NCBI RefSeq assembly: GCF_009914755.1
Contig: NC_060942.1
Direction: 5' to 3' (one strand)
Origin: the human T2T-CHM13v2.0 reference genome, Homo sapiens
DNA length: 64,000 nucleotides
Made by a program: the position numbers and the translations under genes. This document shows positions 59,639-64,000 of this stretch, one piece after another (position 1 is the stretch's first letter; each line of letters starts with the position of its first letter). The notes beneath the pieces were generated by a model. The model saw only the letters and a program-made list of their open reading frames with translations, did no database searches and was not told the DNA's origin.

Positions 59639-60005
59639 CAGGGTTCCCATCCCCCATTCTGAAGCCTGTTAGGAACTGGGCTACATAGCAGTAGGTGAGT
59701 GGCAGTTGAATGAGCAAAGCTTCATCTGTATTCAGAGCCACTCCCCACTGCTTGCATTACCACCTGAGCTCCGCCTCCTGTCAGATCAGTGGTGGCATTA
59801 GATTCTCATAGGAAGACGAACCCTATTATGAACTGCACATGCGAGGAATTGAGGTTGTATGCTCCTCATGAGAATCTAATGCCTGATGATCTGATCTGAA
59901 GTGGAACGGTTTCATCCCAAAACCATCCCCTGTTCTGCCCCTGTCCGTGGAAAAACTGACTTCCACAAAACTGGTCCTTGGTGCAACAAAGGTTGAGGAC
60001 TGCTG
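59639..60005 (+). mobile_element. MER1B-like hAT-Charlie MITE
   Basis: cctgagctccgcctcctgtcagatcag..ggcattagattctcatagg; flanks tcatagaa and tcacagaa. Confidence 0.85.
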
Positions 60006-61254
60006 TCACAGAATATACATTTAAATAGAGGGAGATTCAGAATCAATGAGTAAAAAAAAAAAAAAAGATAAATTTGTTAAGCAAATAAATATGATAAAGG
60101 TGGAAGAGGGGCTGAAGGGGCTAATTGTTAATTTTGGTGGTTATGAACAATTTCACTGATGGTATGATATTTGACATGAGAAACAAATACCCAGCAGAAC
60201 TACAACCTCAACTTCTCAAGCATTTGACATTATGAGCTAATTACATTAGCATAACTGAATAAAATATTTCGCATTTCCACTGAAAGGGATGATATTAATA
60301 AACTTGTAATGGGGCTTAGATGTGAATAAGATGATGATTCATTTTAGTGGATGGGTCTAGACAGTGAGGATTCCTGAAATGGGCACTGTGATCTCAGAAT
60401 CACAGGGCTGGGAGAGCCCAGGAGGTCATCATGTGCAAGATCTATCCACAGAAGAATATCTAACATCCCTTGTGAGATGTTCGCACTGCTCTTACTATAC
60501 ATCTTTAAGGGAAAAAGAACTCTCTAGTTTGACAAATAGCCTCATTCCACAGATATGTAAATTCTAACAATTAGAAAACTTCTCCTTATAATAAGCTAAA
60601 TCCATTTGTTCTGTAACTTCTACCCAGTAATGAAACATGGAATTCAGTACACAAAGTCTAACTTATTTCCTTACACTACAGTCTTTAAATAGATGAGGAA
60701 ATTGTGAATTTCTTCATCTTTTCTTCTCTGATTGATATTAAAATCTGTTCATCTCTCATGGGCTATGGTTTTCAGATTCCTCGTCAGTCTTATTACTCTC
60801 CTTTGGATACTCAAACTGCTTAATAAGCTTCTTAGCAACACACTCAGTGGAGGGAGAAGTACTTTCTCACTGGTAGTATTGAGAATTGCTGGTGCATGGT
60901 GAGAATAAAAACCCAGACAAAATCTTGTTAGTTTTATTATAGTTTTGAAATTCTTTACAGACATAGACAATATATCCCCTTATTGCCATCCAGATCCAGG
61001 ATAAACCACTCGTATCATCCCACCCTTGATACTGGGCTGGCCATTCCTAAAATATGGCAAAAAGAAGTAAACAGATTATTCTAGATGTGTCATGTTTTGG
61101 GCAGTGTTGAAAAGATTATACTCTATTAATGCTGCTTAAAATTATACATACTCAAAAACTAAAGTTGAACTAAAAAGAAAAACAAATTCCCTCAAACTGA
61201 AAACTAAAACAAATTTAATTGCATCTCAAGTGGTAATGAAACTACACAAAGAAG

Positions 61255-61860
61255 CTGGCAGCCAAGATGGCCGAATAGGAACAGCTCCGGTCTACAGCTC
61301 CCAGAGTAAGCAACGCAGAAGACGGGTGATTTCTGCATTTCCATCTGAGGTACTGGGTTCATCTCACTAGGGAGTGCCAGACAGTGGGTGCAGGACAGTG
61401 GGTGCAGCGCACCGTGCGGGAGCCGAAGCAGGGCGAGGCATTGCCTCACTCGGGAAGCGCAAGGGGTCAGGGAGTTCCCTTTCCTAGTCAAAGAAAGGGG
61501 TGACAGATGGCACCTGGAAAATCGGGTCAATCTCACCCTAATACTGCGCTTTTCCGATGGGCTTAAAAAACGGTGCACCACGAGATTATATCCCGCACCT
61601 GGCTCGGAGGGTCCTACACCCACGGAGTCTCACTGACTGCTAGCACAGCAGTCTGAGATCAAACTGCAAGGTGACAGCGAGGCTGGGGGAGGGGCGCCCG
61701 CCATTGCCCAGGCTTTCTTAGGTAAATAAAGCAGCCGGGAAGCTCGAACTGGGTAGAGCCCACCACAACTCAAGGAGGCCTGCCTGCCTTTGTAGGCTCC
61801 ACCTCTGGGGGCAAGGCACAGACAAACAAAAAGACAGCAGTAACCTCTGCAGACTTAAAT
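61255..61860 (-). promoter_or_regulatory. L1 5'UTR antisense promoter / ORF0 region, co-oriented with DYM
   Basis: ORF0 ATG at 61704 (MAGAPPPASL...), TGA at 61632-61630; donors CAG|gtgcgg (61599) and CAG|gtgcca (61514). Confidence 0.6.
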
Positions 61861-62287
61861 GTCCCTGTTTGACAGCTTTGAAGAGAGTAGTGGTTCTCCA
61901 AGCACACAGCTGGAGATCTGAGAATGGGCAGACTGCTTCCTTAAGTGGGTCCCTGACCCCTGACCCCCGAGCAGCCTAACTGGGAGGCACCCCCCAGTAG
62001 GGGCAGACTGACATCTCACACGGCCGGGTACTCCTTTCAGACAAAACTTCCAGAGGAACGATCAGACAGCAGCATTCATGGTTCATGAAAATCCGCAGTT
62101 CTGAAGCTACCGCTGCTGATACCCAGGCAAACAGGGTCTGGAGTGGACCTCTAGCAAACTCCAACAGACCTGCAGCTGAGGGTCCTGTCTGTTAGAAGGA
62201 AAACTAACAAACAGAAAGGACATCCACACCAAAAACCCATCTGTACATCACCATCATCAAAGACCAAAAGTAGATAAAACCACAAAG

Positions 62288-63304
62288 ATGGGGAAAAAAC
62301 AGAGCAAAAAAACTGGAAACTCTAAAAAGCAGAGTGCCTCTCCTCCTCCAAAGGAACGCAGTTCCTCACCAGCAATGGAACAAAGCTGGACGGAGAATGA
62401 CTTTGACGAGTGGAGAGAAGAAGGCTTCAGACAATCAAAGTACTCCGAGCTACAGGAGGAAATTCAAACCGAAGGCAAAGAAGTTAAATACTTCGAAAAA
62501 AATTTAGACGAATGTATAACTAGAATAATCAATAGAGAGAAGTGCTTAAAGGAGCTGATGGAGCTGAAAGCCAAGGATCGAGAACTACATGAAGAATGCA
62601 GAAGCCTCAGGAGCCAATGCGATCAACTGGAAGAAAGGGTATCAGTGATGCAAGATGAAATGAATGAAATGAAGTGAGAAGGGAAGTTTAGAGAAAAAAG
62701 AATAAAAAGAAACGAACAAAGCCTTCAAGAAATATGGGACTATGTGAAAAGACCAAATCTACGTCTGATTGGTGTACCTGAAAGTGACGGGGAGGATGGA
62801 ACCAAGTTGGAAAACACTCTGCAGGATATTATCCAGGAGAACTTCCCCAATCTAGCAAGGCAGGCCAACGTTCAGATTCAGGAAATACAGAGAACGCCAC
62901 AAAGATACTCCTCGAGAAGAGCAACTCCAAGACACATAATTGTCAGATTCACCAAAGTTGAAATGAGGGAAAAAATGTTAAGGGCAGCCAGAGAGAAAGG
63001 CCGGGTTACCCACAAAGGGAAGCCCATCAGACTAACAGCGGATCTCTCGGCAGAAACTCCACAAGCCAGAAGAGAGTGGGGGACAATAGTCAACATTCTT
63101 AAAGAAAAGAATTTTCAACCCAGAATTTCATATCCAGCCAAACTAAGCTTCATAAGTGAAGGAGAAATAAAATCCTTTACAGACAAGCAAATGCTGAGAG
63201 ATTTTCTCACCACCAGGCCTGCCCTAAAAGAGCTCCTGAAGGAAGCACTAAACATGGAAAGGAACAAACCGTACCACCCACTGCAAAAACATGCCAAATT
63301 GTAA
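62288..63304 (+). pseudogene. L1 ORF1 with premature stop
   Basis: 1017 nt, MGKKQ...HAKL*; in-frame TGA at 62675-62677 where the consensus has CGA. Confidence 0.93.
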
Positions 63305-63367
63305 AGACCGTCGAGGCTGGGAAGAACCTGCATCAACTAACGAGCAAGATAACCAGCTAACATCATA

Positions 63368-64000
63368 ACCACAGGATCAAATTCACACATAACAATATTA
63401 ACTTTAAATGTAAATGGACTAAATGCTCCAATTAAAAGACACAGACTGGCAAATTGGATAAACGGTCAAGACCCATCAGTGTGCTGTATTCAGGAAACCC
63501 ATCTCACGTGCAGAGACACACATAGGCTCAAAATAAAAGGATGGAGGAAGATCTACCAAGCAAATGGAAAACAAAAAAAGGCAGGGGTTGCAATCCTAGT
63601 GTCTGATAAAACAGACTTTAAACCAACAAAGGTCAAAAGAGAGAAAGAAGGCCATTACATAATGGTAAAGGGATCAATTCAACAAGAAGAGCTAACTATC
63701 CTAAATATATATGCACCCAATACAGGAGCAGCCAGATTCATAAAGCAAGTCCTGAGGGACCTACAAAGACACTTACACTCCCACACAATAATAATGGGAG
63801 ACTTTAACACCCCACTGTCAACATTAGACAGATCAACGAAACAGAAAGTTAACAAGGATATCCAGGAATTGAACTCAGCTCTGCACCAAGCGGACCTAAT
63901 AGACATCTACAGAACTCTGCACCCCAAATCAACAGAATATACATTTTTTTCAGCACCACACCACACCTATTCCAAAATTGACCACATAGTTGGAAGTAGA
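63368..64000 (+). pseudogene. L1 ORF2 endonuclease domain; ATG replaced by ACC, frame open to the window edge
   Basis: TGSNSHITILTLNVNGLN...IQETH...GDFN...YSKIDH translated manually. Confidence 0.9.

Larger units (their letters stand above)
61255..64000 (+). mobile_element. L1PA3-like element with intact 5' end (5'UTR, ORF1, start of ORF2); continues past the window
   Basis: gccaagatggccgaataggaacagctcc start with YY1 site; about 1 kb 5'UTR; ORF1; 63-nt spacer; ORF2 endonuclease. Confidence 0.97.

Overview
Human (hominid) genomic DNA, not microbial. The whole window lies inside the DYM (dymeclin) gene on the minus strand. Two coding exons are visible. One is a 103-nt exon at 8156-8258 ([34 protein letters not shown]). 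The other is a frame-preserving 165-nt cassette exon at 55042-55206 encoding a Cys/His-rich 55-aa insert, with a weak donor, a CU-rich 3' splice site and three UGCAUG motifs just downstream. The rest is intron filled with transposable elements: about 12 Alus, a 5'-truncated SVA (probably SVA_F), the 5' part of an L1PA3-like element that keeps the ZNF93-binding segment, truncated L1PAs, two twin-primed (5'-inverted) L1MAs, MaLR/MLT LTRs, Tigger/hAT MITEs and MIR/L2 relics. Nearly all ORFs in the supplied track are repeat-derived or spurious. I found no convincing new multi-gene system. The best leads are the cassette exon's regulation, the L1 antisense promoter facing DYM, the SVA, and several small retroposition or duplication events. 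Gene and subfamily calls come from recalled sequences, not database searches.
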